Shown here piece by piece: positions 39,639 through 49,372 of a stretch of 64,000 nt of DNA. The DNA lies in the NCBI GenBank assembly GCA_016283075.1, contig JAEEMF010000018.1, forward strand, positions 2,445 through 66,444, in the 5' to 3' direction. A model generated the notes under the pieces. It was given only the letters and a program-made list of their open reading frames with translations, was not told the DNA's origin and did no database searches. Position 1 is the stretch's first letter. Every line of letters begins with the position of its first letter. Source of the DNA: Bacilli bacterium (GTDB lineage: Bacteria; Bacillota_I; Bacilli_A; RF39; UBA660). A program made the translations under genes and the position numbers.

Positions 39639-40073
39639 TCACATAAATATAATGATGTTTATTATGTCATTTATTTTAATTTTTTTCAAGTTACTTAGTA
39701 TAACTAATTTAGAAATATCATCTATCTTTTTAACAGAATCTTTTACTGTTAGGTATGCTCCTCCCTCTTTATATCTATCTTTTTCAAAGTAAGTAATACT
39801 TACTAGTGGAAACTCTTTTAAATGCTCTTTAATATAAAGAAGTTTTTCATTTATAACACTTTTTTCATCTTCAGATAAATTTAGTTTTTCACTAGTAAGT
39901 CTAGATGTTTCTTCTACTAGTTCTTCATATCCGGTAAGTGCTGCAAAAGGAGCAAACTGAGCAGCTCTTTTATAAGTACTCATTCTAGGATGATTTTTTG
40001 GATCAAAGTGTTTTATATCAATAATATCACTATACTTACGCCTTGTGGCCGCCAATTTCTCTGTTTCGTTCAA
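39639..40073 (-). CDS. YolD-like protein
   Basis: KRAAQFAPFAALTGYEE motif typical of YolD-like partners of Y-family polymerases. TTG start with a GAAGGAGG RBS inside the polymerase 3' end. Confidence 0.65.
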   Translation of the reverse strand: MNETEKLAATRRKYSDIIDIKHFDPKNHPRMSTYKRAAQFAPFAALTGYEELVEETSRLTSEKLNLSEDEKSVINEKLLYIKEHLKEFPLVSITYFEKDRYKEGGAYLTVKDSVKKIDDISKLVILSNLKKIKINDIINIIIFM

Positions 40074-41532
40074 GAGTAGTACCTCCTTCTTCTAAGTTCA
40101 TTCCTTTTACTATAGAGTTTTTACCATATTTCTTTTTTAAATCAAGAATTACGTGCTGAAGAGCTGCTTCATCTTCAGCCTTTTCTTTTTCTTTTATTTC
40201 TTTTTCTATATCATTATTTGAAAATAAATCTAACTGTTTATATACAACTTGTTTAGGGACACTTCCTTCATCTATTACTTCCATAGTAGCAATATTTACT
40301 CTTCTAACAAGGAGTATAGGGTCTACTATTCTATCAAATAATTCTAGTAACTTCTTAGTTATTACTAAAGATGATGAAGTATAGTAATCAGTATTAATAG
40401 TACCATGAGCTGGTTTAGGTACCTCTCTTCCGTAAACATCAAATGTAGTTTTACCAGCATAGTTATTCATTATATACGGAGTAGTTAAATTAGAAGTATC
40501 ATATCCAATAGTAAGTACTAATTTCTTAGTAAGTAAATGTTTTTCAGATAGTTCAAGCGCTACTAAATCAGCCATTTCTTTAACAATTAATCTTGTTTTT
40601 TCATAAGTATATGGGTGATGCAAAACTTGTCCTTTAGATAAACTATTAGTACTAGGCATATAACTTTTAGCTTCTTTTATAGTAGTACATTCATATCCCC
40701 AGGCATGATCTATTAAAGTTTCAGCATTTACCCCGAATAATCTATAAAGTAAATCTTCATTCTTAATAGACATTCTTGCTACATCACCCATAGTATGCAT
40801 ACCATATTCTTCTAGTTTACTAGCTATACCTCTACCTACTCTCCAAAAAGAAGTAAGGGGTTTATGATCCCAAAGATGCTCTCTATAACTATATTCATTA
40901 AGTTCTGCTATTCTTACTCCTAGCTCATCAGCATCTTTATGTTTTGCTACAATATCCATTGCTACTTTAGCTAAGTACATATTTGTACCTATTCCTGCTG
41001 TAGCAGTAATACCTGTTTCTTCTACTACATTCTTTATTATTTTAGATACTAACTGTTTAGGATTCATATTATAGTATTTTAAATAATCAGTTATATCACA
41101 AAATACTTCATCTATAGAATATACACATATATCATCAGGACTTAGATATTTTAAGTAAATACTATATATCTTAGAACTATATTTCATATATAGTCCCATT
41201 CTAGGAGGAGCGGCTATATAATCTAGTTCTAAGTCTTTATTACTTTCTAAATCTATATCATCATAACTTTTACCTTTAAACGGTTTATTTCCATTTTTAA
41301 GTAGTCTATCTTTATTAATTTCTTTAACTTTACTTACTACTTCAAATAATCTTGATCTACCACTAAGTCCATACTTTTTTAAAGATGGTGTTACTGCTAG
41401 ACAAATTGTTTTTTCAGTACGTGTATTATCTGCAACAACTAAATTAGTTGTTAAAGGATTTAGATTTCTTTCAACACATTCTACTGATGCATAAAAACTT
41501 TTTAAATCTATACACATATAGACTCTTTCCAT
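40036..41532 (-). CDS. Y-family DNA polymerase (UvrX/DinB-like translesion polymerase)
   Basis: MCIDLKSFYASVECVERNLNP and YSIDEVFCDIT catalytic motifs. GGAGGTG RBS. Confidence 0.9.
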   Translation of the reverse strand: MERVYMCIDLKSFYASVECVERNLNPLTTNLVVADNTRTEKTICLAVTPSLKKYGLSGRSRLFEVVSKVKEINKDRLLKNGNKPFKGKSYDDIDLESNKDLELDYIAAPPRMGLYMKYSSKIYSIYLKYLSPDDICVYSIDEVFCDITDYLKYYNMNPKQLVSKIIKNVVEETGITATAGIGTNMYLAKVAMDIVAKHKDADELGVRIAELNEYSYREHLWDHKPLTSFWRVGRGIASKLEEYGMHTMGDVARMSIKNEDLLYRLFGVNAETLIDHAWGYECTTIKEAKSYMPSTNSLSKGQVLHHPYTYEKTRLIVKEMADLVALELSEKHLLTKKLVLTIGYDTSNLTTPYIMNNYAGKTTFDVYGREVPKPAHGTINTDYYTSSSLVITKKLLELFDRIVDPILLVRRVNIATMEVIDEGSVPKQVVYKQLDLFSNNDIEKEIKEKEKAEDEAALQHVILDLKKKYGKNSIVKGMNLEEGGTTLERNREIGGHKA

Positions 41533-41550
41533 AGTAACACCTCCATTATT

Positions 41551-41580
41551 ATTATATCAAACATTTGTTCTTTTTTAAAC
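41551..41580 (-). promoter_or_regulatory. promoter with embedded LexA (Cheo/SOS) box
   Basis: Minus strand reads TTTAAA-N17-TATAAT. AGAACAAATGTTTG (plus coordinates 41558-41571) sits in the spacer and matches GAAC-N4-GTTY of the Firmicute LexA consensus CGAACN4GTTCG. Confidence 0.6.
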
Positions 41581-41583
41581 CAT

Positions 41584-41609
41584 AAAAAAATCTTATTTGC
41601 ATAAGATTT
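41584..41609 (-). terminator. rho-independent terminator
   Basis: AAATCTTAT-TTGC-ATAAGATTT plus T7 on the minus strand, about 330 nt downstream of xseB. Confidence 0.7.
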
Positions 41610-41865
41610 ATTAATCAAACTAAAATAATTTTAAATAAGGAACATTTAGGAAAACAATAATAATATATATAAATAGTCACACGACTAAAACAACCGACAT
41701 AATTAATAATTTTTTTATACTTTTCTTACTATATTGGGCTTGCATTTAATAGACAGATAGATTGGGTTTTTTACTTGTCTTATGCATATAGTAAAATTAA
41801 TCTTTTTATATTTAAATTTAAATACGTATAAATAAGATTTTGGGCTTATCTCATTTACACTTTAA

Positions 41866-41893
41866 ATTATACTATCATTTTTCCCTATTTCAA
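41866..41893 (-). promoter_or_regulatory. candidate sigma-A promoter of an orphan about 270-nt transcript
   Basis: Minus strand: TTGAAA (41888-41893), 16-nt spacer, TATAAT (41866-41871). Confidence 0.35.
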
Positions 41894-41936
41894 GTAGTTT
41901 TACATATCTTTTTTTAACTTGACACTTTATTTAACA

Positions 41937-42161
41937 CTACTCTTCAATTTCAAAATTAACAAGATCTCCATTTTCATTTATCATTTTAGATACTTGCTGT
42001 TCAATATCTTTAAGTTGTTTATCACATTCTGTAACTAGTTTCATAGCTTCTTTATATACTTCGATTGATTCATCAATCTTAATATCATCTTTTTCTAGTT
42101 CAGTAACAAGCTCTTCTAACTTATTCATTTTGTCTTCAAATTTCATTTCATCTTTTTTCAT
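41937..42161 (-). CDS. xseB: exodeoxyribonuclease VII small subunit
   Basis: 74-aa coiled-coil protein, FEDKMNKLEELVTELE...IDESIEVYKEAMKL. Start overlaps the xseA stop (TAATG). Confidence 0.9.
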   Translation of the reverse strand: MKKDEMKFEDKMNKLEELVTELEKDDIKIDESIEVYKEAMKLVTECDKQLKDIEQQVSKMINENGDLVNFEIEE

Positions 42162-43465
42162 TATTTAACCTCCTTAGTACTAATAACTTTACTTTCTACT
42201 TCACCATTATATAGTCTTATTAATAGACTATCTCCTTCATTAAGTTTATTAACATCTGTAATAGCTTTACCCTCTTTATAAGTAACACTATATCCTCTTT
42301 TTAAAGTAGATATTGGATTTAATAGTTCTAACTTATTAATAAGATTATTTACTTTTAAATTAGATATACCAATATTATTACTCATTATTCTATTTAACTT
42401 ATCATAGATATTTATTAGTTTATCATGTTCTTTTTTACATAGATTAGAAGGTGTTAAACCTTTTAATTTCTCTATAATAAAATCTAATCTTTGTATCTTA
42501 GTTTCATACATTCTCATAGGATTTTTTATTACATATGAGTTTTTATATTTATCTAAAATAAGTCTTTGTTTTCTTACAGTATTATTAATTGCATTATTAA
42601 GTCTTATTTTATCTTTCTTTATTTCGTTTAGTAAATCTTCTTTTGTTACTGGAGTTGCATCTTTTGCGGCTCCTGTTGGAGTTGGACTTCTATGATCAGA
42701 AACAAAGTCTGCAATAGTAAAATCTGGTTCATGACCAACACCACTTATTACTGGTATATGGCAGTCATAAATAGCTCTTGCTACTACTTCTTCATTAAAG
42801 GCCCATAAGTCTTCAATAGATCCTCCACCACGACCAACTATTAAAACATCTAAGTTATAGTTTTCAGCCATCTTTATTTTCTTAACAATATCATCTTTAG
42901 CAAGTTCTCCTTGTACTAAACAAGGAAATAGTATTGTTTCACATAAAGGATATCTTCCTTTAATAGTAGATAATATATCTCTTATAGCTGCTCCTGTTGG
43001 AGCAGTAACTATACCTATTCTTTCTGGAAATCTAGGTAGTTTTTTAAGTCTTTCTGGATTCTTTTTATAAACCCCATGGTCTTCATAGAATAGTCCTTCA
43101 TTCATTAAGTCTTTTTTAAGTTTTTCAAACTTTATTTGAAGTTCTCCTATTCCATCTTCCTGCATATCAGTTACATATATTTGATAAGTACCTCTAGATT
43201 CATATACAGTAACTCTTCCTCTTACTAGTACTTTTGTACCATCAGCTGGTTCAAAAGTAAGTTTAGAAGCATCTTTAGACCACATCATAGCGTTTATAAC
43301 GCTACCTTCATCTTTTATAGAAAAGTAAAGGTGCCCTGTTGAATGTCTTTTAAAGTTAGATATTTCACCTTTAAGATACATATTTTGAAAAGCAACACTT
43401 GAATCAAAAATAGCTTTTAGTCTAGATGTAAATTCTGTTATAGTTAAATATCTTTTTTCTTCCAT
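42161..43465 (-). CDS. xseA: exodeoxyribonuclease VII large subunit
   Basis: N-terminal OB-fold, GIVTAPTGAAIRDI and VGRGGGSIEDLWAFNEE motifs. Confidence 0.93.
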   Translation of the reverse strand: MEEKRYLTITEFTSRLKAIFDSSVAFQNMYLKGEISNFKRHSTGHLYFSIKDEGSVINAMMWSKDASKLTFEPADGTKVLVRGRVTVYESRGTYQIYVTDMQEDGIGELQIKFEKLKKDLMNEGLFYEDHGVYKKNPERLKKLPRFPERIGIVTAPTGAAIRDILSTIKGRYPLCETILFPCLVQGELAKDDIVKKIKMAENYNLDVLIVGRGGGSIEDLWAFNEEVVARAIYDCHIPVISGVGHEPDFTIADFVSDHRSPTPTGAAKDATPVTKEDLLNEIKKDKIRLNNAINNTVRKQRLILDKYKNSYVIKNPMRMYETKIQRLDFIIEKLKGLTPSNLCKKEHDKLINIYDKLNRIMSNNIGISNLKVNNLINKLELLNPISTLKRGYSVTYKEGKAITDVNKLNEGDSLLIRLYNGEVESKVISTKEVK

Positions 43466-43504
43466 ATCTTCACCTACTTTTCTTACTTGTTATATTATAT
43501 CATG

Positions 43505-43532
43505 AAAAAAACTAAATAGATATCTATTTAGT
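43505..43532 (-). terminator. rho-independent terminator after nusB
   Basis: ACTAAATAGAT/ATCTATTTAGT palindrome plus a T-run on the minus strand. Confidence 0.65.
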
Positions 43533-43533
43533 C

Positions 43534-43944
43534 TTATTTATTATGGTAAACTTTATCAAGTACACCATTAATCATTTTTCTTACATCATCATCACTATAT
43601 GTTTTTGCAAGCTCTATAGCTTCATTAATTGCTACTACTTCTGGAGTCTTTGTATATAAAAGTTCATATATACCAAGTCTTAGTATTGCTTGATCTGTAT
43701 TACCAAGTCTAGTTATTTTCCATCCGTTTAAATATTTATTAGCAATTTCATCTATTTCATCTTTTTTATCTATAACGCCATATACTATTTCATTAACAAA
43801 TTCATTTTCAATTTCTAAGTTTTCTTTAATAACTTTACTTATATCATAAGGCATTTTGTTTATTTCATAAACATTTATTTGATATAAAATTGTCATTATT
43901 ATTTTTCTTAGTTCACTTCTATTTAATTGCTCCACAAAAATCAC
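43534..43944 (-). CDS. nusB: transcription antitermination factor NusB
   Basis: [26 protein letters not shown] pattern; about 136 aa. Confidence 0.9.
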   Translation of the reverse strand: MIFVEQLNRSELRKIIMTILYQINVYEINKMPYDISKVIKENLEIENEFVNEIVYGVIDKKDEIDEIANKYLNGWKITRLGNTDQAILRLGIYELLYTKTPEVVAINEAIELAKTYSDDDVRKMINGVLDKVYHNK

Positions 43945-43962
43945 CTAACTCATTATAACATA

Positions 43963-44346
43963 TTATTTTATTTTATCAAGTTTTCCTTCATATATAGAAA
44001 CAATAATTCTTATATAGATAAATAATACTAGTGTCATAAATAAAATCCATCCTAAAACAGGAATAATTAGTAGTAGTAACCATACATATGGTGAAAGATA
44101 TAATTCTTTACCAGGTATTTCTAATTTTGCTGCTACCTTACATGTCATTTCTATAGTAAATACTACAAACATTATTGTTACTGGAAATACTAAACATAAA
44201 GTAGCAATAATCCAGTTTTTAGGATTCATATACCATGCATCTTTATCAAGTAATTTTAAATCACTTGCCATAAAGATAGTCATAGTTCCTCCTGTAAATA
44301 TAAATAGTAGTAACCACATCCACCAGTACTCTTTTTTATATAACAT
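43963..44346 (-). CDS. small 4-TM membrane protein, hypothetical
   Basis: ORF with 4 hydrophobic helices between mutS and nusB. Confidence 0.5.
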   Translation of the reverse strand: MLYKKEYWWMWLLLFIFTGGTMTIFMASDLKLLDKDAWYMNPKNWIIATLCLVFPVTIMFVVFTIEMTCKVAAKLEIPGKELYLSPYVWLLLLIIPVLGWILFMTLVLFIYIRIIVSIYEGKLDKIK

Positions 44347-44354
44347 AATTTCAC

Positions 44355-46898
44355 CTACCTATTTTTTATTTCTTCTTGAAGTTTATATAAAGTATTTAAA
44401 GCATCAAGAGGTGTTACTTCAAGTAAGTTTAATTCTTTTATTTTCTCTTCTATCTTGCTTGTAGGAATCATTAATTCATCAAGAGGAAGAGACTCTTGAA
44501 CTTTAATATCTCTTTTTAATTCCTTTGTTTCATATACTTTTAATATATCATCTGCTCTTTTTATTAAAGATGATGGCATTTTAGCAAGTTTTGCTACATA
44601 GATACCATAACTCTTATCTACAGATCCTTCTTTTATTTTATGAAGGAATGTTATATTACCATTTTCTTCATAAGCACTAACATGAATATTTTTAATACCT
44701 TTTAGTTTACCCTCTAAATCAGTAAGTTCATGGTAGTGTGTTGAGAAAAATGTTTTAGCTTTAATATTCTCTTCTATATACTCTATTATTGCTTGAGCAA
44801 GACTCATACCATCAAATGTTGCAGTACCTCTACCTAACTCATCAAATAATATTAAACTATTTTTAGTAGCATTTGTAATAGCATTATTAGCTTCCATCAT
44901 TTCTACCATAAATGTAGATTCTCCAGATACTAAATCGTCACTTGCTCCTATACGAGTAAAGATACTATCAAATATAGGAAGAGTTGCTTCTCTTGCTGGT
45001 ACAAAGCATCCTATTTGAGCCATTATTACAGTAATTGCCATTTGTCTCATATATGTAGATTTACCAGCCATATTAGGACCTGTTATTAAAAGAATATCAG
45101 TATTTTCATCCATAATAATATCATTAGGAACATATTCTCCTTTAGTAACTATTTCTACTACAGCATGTCTATTATCATATATCTTAACTTCTCTTTTATC
45201 AGTTAATACTGGTCTTACATAGTTATTTGCTTCTGTTACAGTAGCAAATGACTGAAGTACATCTATTTCACTAATAACTTTAGATATTTCTTGAAGACGA
45301 GGTATATACTCTTTAATCTTATCTCTTATACCTACAAATAAGTTATATTCTAGTTCTATTATCTTTTCTTCAGCATTTAAGATAAGTGCTTCTTTTTCTT
45401 TTAAAATAGGACTTATATATCTTTCACAGTTTGTAAGAGTTTGTCTTCTTTCATATCCAAATTCATCTTTAATTTGATCTATTTGTCCTTTAGATACTTC
45501 TATATAGTATCCAAATACTTTGTTGTATCCAACTTTTAAAGTCTTTATACCAGTTCTTTCTTTTTCTTCGTTTTCAAACTTAGCAACAAAGTCCTTACCA
45601 CCACGTCTTAATTCTTTTAATTCATCTAACTCTTTATTAAATCCTTCTTTAATTAAGTATCCTTCTTTTAAAGTAATAGGAGGATTTTCATAAATACTCT
45701 CTTCTAAAAGATTATATAAGTCATTAAGTGGTTCAAAGTTTTTATAAAAATTAATTCTCTTTAAAATATCTACTATATCAGGAAGTACTTTTAAAGATGC
45801 TTTAAGTTGTAATAAATCTCTAGCATTTGCTGAACCATATGCAACTCTTCCTGATAATCTTTCTAAATCATATACTTCATATAAATAGTTTTGTAATTCT
45901 TCTTTTAAAATAAATTCTTTTAAAAGAGTTTCTACAGTATCATATCTTCTATTTATTTCTTCCTTATTTATTAATGGATTTTCTATATACTGCTTAAGCA
46001 TTCTAGAACCCATTGCTGTCTTAGTCTTATCAAGAAGCCATATTAAAGAATATGTTCTATCTTTAAGTCTAATTGTTTCAGTAAGCTCTAGATTTCTTTT
46101 AGTATGAATATCCATCTTTAAATAATCTTTACTATCTTTAATAACAGCTTTTTGCATATGAGATAGATTTCTCATTTGTGTTTTAGTTATATATGTAAGT
46201 AATAGCTTAATGGTTTCTATATATCTTACATCTCCTAAATCACTATATACATATTCATATTCTTTATTATCATCTATATCATCAGTAATAGTTACAAGTA
46301 CATTAAACTGATTAGAAAGTAAAGCTTTTACTTCTTTATCTACCTTACTAGTTATAATAACTTCTTTTATATTATGACTTACTACTTCACTAACAATTTT
46401 AGAAATATTATGTTCTACCAAAGTGACATTAATATCTCCTACTGAAATATCACAGTAACAAAGTACATAAGCATGTCCAAAATCCATAATACTTCCAATA
46501 TAATTATTATCTTTCTCGTTTAAACCTTCATTACTAATAATAGTACCCTTACTAATTATTTGTGTTAAATCTCTTTTAACAATTCCTTTAGCATACTTAG
46601 GGTCTTCTAACTGTTCACAAATACCTACTTTATGACCATTTTCTACTAATTTTTCGATATAGATATCTACTGCATGATGAGGAACACCGCACATAGGTAC
46701 TCTATCTTCTAACCCGCAGTTCTTTCCTGTTAAAGTAAGTTCAAGTTCACGAGATGCAAGTATAGCGTCTTCAAAAAACATTTCATAGAAATCTCCTAAT
46801 CTAAACATTACTATAACGTCTGGATTAGCATTTTTTATTTCCATATATTGACGCATACCAGGTGAAACTTTATTTATGTCTACTTCACTATGATTCAT
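44355..46898 (-). CDS. mutS: DNA mismatch repair protein MutS
   Basis: SPGMRQYMEIK N-terminus, Walker A GPNMAGKSTYMRQ, DELGRGTATFDG. The ATG at 46898 has an AGGTGA RBS; the track start at 46907 is GTG. No mutL downstream. Confidence 0.95.
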   Translation of the reverse strand: MNHSEVDINKVSPGMRQYMEIKNANPDVIVMFRLGDFYEMFFEDAILASRELELTLTGKNCGLEDRVPMCGVPHHAVDIYIEKLVENGHKVGICEQLEDPKYAKGIVKRDLTQIISKGTIISNEGLNEKDNNYIGSIMDFGHAYVLCYCDISVGDINVTLVEHNISKIVSEVVSHNIKEVIITSKVDKEVKALLSNQFNVLVTITDDIDDNKEYEYVYSDLGDVRYIETIKLLLTYITKTQMRNLSHMQKAVIKDSKDYLKMDIHTKRNLELTETIRLKDRTYSLIWLLDKTKTAMGSRMLKQYIENPLINKEEINRRYDTVETLLKEFILKEELQNYLYEVYDLERLSGRVAYGSANARDLLQLKASLKVLPDIVDILKRINFYKNFEPLNDLYNLLEESIYENPPITLKEGYLIKEGFNKELDELKELRRGGKDFVAKFENEEKERTGIKTLKVGYNKVFGYYIEVSKGQIDQIKDEFGYERRQTLTNCERYISPILKEKEALILNAEEKIIELEYNLFVGIRDKIKEYIPRLQEISKVISEIDVLQSFATVTEANNYVRPVLTDKREVKIYDNRHAVVEIVTKGEYVPNDIIMDENTDILLITGPNMAGKSTYMRQMAITVIMAQIGCFVPAREATLPIFDSIFTRIGASDDLVSGESTFMVEMMEANNAITNATKNSLILFDELGRGTATFDGMSLAQAIIEYIEENIKAKTFFSTHYHELTDLEGKLKGIKNIHVSAYEENGNITFLHKIKEGSVDKSYGIYVAKLAKMPSSLIKRADDILKVYETKELKRDIKVQESLPLDELMIPTSKIEEKIKELNLLEVTPLDALNTLYKLQEEIKNR

Positions 46899-46953
46899 AT
46901 ATATCACCTAAGTTCATTTTAGCACATTTTTGCTTTTTTTATAAGGGAAAATA

Positions 46954-46977
46954 ACAAAAAAGAGACTTTCGTCTCTT
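46954..46977 (-). terminator. rho-independent terminator ending the glycine-rich gene array
   Basis: AAGAGAC-TTTC-GTCTCTT plus a T-run on the minus strand, abutting the stop at 46977. Confidence 0.7.
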
Positions 46978-48152
46978 TAAACACCTAGAAAAGTAATTTT
47001 TATGGAACCATCGCCTTCTTTAGGGCATTTACTTATTGCATTAACACTATGACCATTGGGACAGGTAGAAGGATTCCCTTCTTCTGGGTTAGTATAAACG
47101 GATATTGTTTTTGTTTGAGTTGCTGAAGAAGAGGTACAATTATAACAGTACATAGCCTTGGTAACGCTTGGTGTAGACATTAATTTTGAAGAAGCGATAT
47201 AGGAAGAACCTCCTCCGCCTCCAGAACCATAGTCATTACCAGAACCTCCTCCATAGAAGCCGCCTCCGCCTCCAGCTCCAGCCCAACCATCATTTGCGAC
47301 ATCACCAGCATCTCCGCCCTTGCCAAAATTGCCTACAAATCCACCTCTTGTATCTTGAGCTAAAGCAGTACCACCAGAAATTTGAGTACCACCTCCGCCT
47401 CCTGTTGCAGGAGGATTTCCACCGCCTGTTTGATTATGACCTTTTGTACCGGAGATACCTCCGCCATCACCTCCATAATGACCAGTTCTCCAGTATCCGG
47501 CTCCTCCGCCACCAGCGGCAACAATTAATATATCATCCGATATATAATAATCAGTATTTAAAATTCCTTTATAAGATTCGAGTGATGCTAATTCACCTTG
47601 GATAAATGAAACGGAAGTAGCTCCTCCACCACCGGCACCGTATCCACCATCATCACTACTATTTAGTTTCCCATATCCACAGGCTTTACCTCCACCATTG
47701 AAACCTCCACCATATGGTGCTTCTAAATAATAACTTGTTATATCTGCCGGTTTACCACCAACATTAACATATAAAACATCATCTTCTTCAAGGCTTACTA
47801 CACCGACAGCATAAGCACCATATCCTCCGGAAGCACCATTAGCACCTCCTCCTTGAGCACCCCATACCTCTATTTGATATAATCCATCGCATCTACTTGT
47901 AAATTTATCACTAATAGTTTCAGTTCTTTCATATACTACGTCACCGGGACGATAAGGACATCCAAACACACACTGTCTAGTTACATCGTATAAATCATCT
48001 AAAGCATCTTTAGTATTATCTACATTCCATTCTGTATCTGTAGGAGTATATCCTACATCACTTGCTATATATGAGTATGCAAAAACAGCGCTTATACTAA
48101 TAAACGATACTAATATCAAGAAAATTATTTTTGATTTAAATATTTTCTTCAC
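46977..48152 (-). CDS. secreted glycine-rich protein, ALK/LTK-GRD-like (Gly_rich) domain (G1, subtype I)
   Basis: GTG start with an AGGAG RBS. Signal peptide ...SAVFA|YSY and N-module YIASDVGYTPTDTEWNVDNTKDALDDLY. Motifs IEVWGAQGGG, VAAGGGG, GGGGGFYGGG, GGGGGSSYI; C-terminus GDGSIKITFLG. Confidence 0.75.
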   Translation of the reverse strand: MKKIFKSKIIFLILVSFISISAVFAYSYIASDVGYTPTDTEWNVDNTKDALDDLYDVTRQCVFGCPYRPGDVVYERTETISDKFTSRCDGLYQIEVWGAQGGGANGASGGYGAYAVGVVSLEEDDVLYVNVGGKPADITSYYLEAPYGGGFNGGGKACGYGKLNSSDDGGYGAGGGGATSVSFIQGELASLESYKGILNTDYYISDDILIVAAGGGGAGYWRTGHYGGDGGGISGTKGHNQTGGGNPPATGGGGGTQISGGTALAQDTRGGFVGNFGKGGDAGDVANDGWAGAGGGGGFYGGGSGNDYGSGGGGGSSYIASSKLMSTPSVTKAMYCYNCTSSSATQTKTISVYTNPEEGNPSTCPNGHSVNAISKCPKEGDGSIKITFLGV

Positions 48153-48167
48153 GCTGCATACTCCTAT

Positions 48168-49349
48168 CTATTCTATCCCTAAATAAGTAATCTTAGCATA
48201 TCCATTTCCAGTATTACCATTCATTGTTGCAGTACTAGCATAGTTTGGCATTCCCGATACTGTTGTAGCTTTAACAGTTGACCAGCTATATCCTGCTCCA
48301 TCTATCATAACAGTATTAGTAAACGATTTACTGCTATAATGTACACTACATCCATCATTAGATGTTGGATTAGTATTACATCCAGATATTTTTATAGCGC
48401 GAGGATTTGAAATTGAATTCTCGGCTATTGCTACACATCCAGCGTGGCCAGATATATATGATGAACCGCCTCCGCCGCCAAATGAGTAACCGCCTTGGCC
48501 ACCACCTCCGCCGTAGTAGCCTCCGCCGCCTCCGCCGCCGCTATACCATCCACTACTTATATCAGAAGCATTTCCACCTATACCAAATATTCCAGGATTA
48601 GTATTACTACAATATCCAGAACCACATCCTGAAGCAGTACCACCTGATATTTGAGTACCACCTGTTGCTAAAGCAAGATTAGCAGATGCTTGTCTTATAT
48701 CTTTAACACCGCTATAACCAGTAAGACCACCAGCAGCACCACCATTACCACTACCACTAGCAGCAGCTTCGCCACCTAATGCTCCGCCTCCACCACCAGC
48801 TACCATTATTCTATCTTCTAAAGCATTTCTCATAAATCGAACATCTGTAGCACCACCACCAGCACCACCTGTTCCTTTATAGGGATTAGTTGAAGTAAAT
48901 GTTTGACCTCCGCCATTATATCCTGCTGCTACTGTTGTTGGTTTTCCGCCGATATAGATATATATAGTTTGTCCTCTATTAAAGCTAATATCACCTTTAA
49001 CATAAGCACCTTTTCCACCAATACCTACTTGACTATCTCCACCTTGGGCTCCCCAAAGTTCTATACGATAATTTCCTTTACAAGGTATATTAAATACTTT
49101 TCCAGTACCTGTATATGTACTTTCAAACACTATGTCATATGCATTATAAGGACAACTAAAATCACAATGAGTTGCTTTATCATATAAGGATTCTAAACCT
49201 TGATCAACATTTTCTACTTCCCATTCATTATCTATAGGAGTAAATCCTATTTCTTCTGCTATATAAGAGTATGCTAAAGCAACACTTGTACTAAAAACAA
49301 GCGCACCAAGTATTACGAAAAATAATTTTGATTTAAAAATATTTTTCAT
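48168..49349 (-). CDS. secreted glycine-rich protein, Gly_rich-like domain (G2, subtype II)
   Basis: Same N-module. Motifs IELWGAQGGD, MVAGGGGG, GGGGGGGYYGGGGG, GGGGGSSYISGHAGCVAI; C-terminus GNGYAKITYLG. Confidence 0.75.
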   Translation of the reverse strand: MKNIFKSKLFFVILGALVFSTSVALAYSYIAEEIGFTPIDNEWEVENVDQGLESLYDKATHCDFSCPYNAYDIVFESTYTGTGKVFNIPCKGNYRIELWGAQGGDSQVGIGGKGAYVKGDISFNRGQTIYIYIGGKPTTVAAGYNGGGQTFTSTNPYKGTGGAGGGATDVRFMRNALEDRIMVAGGGGGALGGEAAASGSGNGGAAGGLTGYSGVKDIRQASANLALATGGTQISGGTASGCGSGYCSNTNPGIFGIGGNASDISSGWYSGGGGGGGYYGGGGGQGGYSFGGGGGSSYISGHAGCVAIAENSISNPRAIKISGCNTNPTSNDGCSVHYSSKSFTNTVMIDGAGYSWSTVKATTVSGMPNYASTATMNGNTGNGYAKITYLGIE

Positions 49350-49372
49350 GTTGCATACTCCTTCTATTTTTA

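Noticed and set aside
38809-41580. Prophage or ICE remnant, on the basis of the UvrX/YolD-like pair
   Set aside because: No integrase, recombinase, terminase, capsid, tail or att-like repeats are visible anywhere in the window. UvrX/YolD pairs also occur chromosomally.
41677-41745. 22-aa hydrophobic peptide as a type I toxin
   Set aside because: There is no Shine-Dalgarno sequence and no identifiable antisense RNA partner. It is mentioned only as a possibility within the orphan transcript finding.
47186-47605. Antisense ORFs inside the glycine-rich genes (47186..47605, 48407..48601, 48903..49187, 49687..49890, 49714..49911, 51206..51556, 52650..52862), translating to His/Gln/Leu/Arg-rich proteins
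   Set aside because: They are the mirror image of GGN-rich codon runs on the coding strand. They have no RBS, and the sense strand encodes conserved paralogous proteins.
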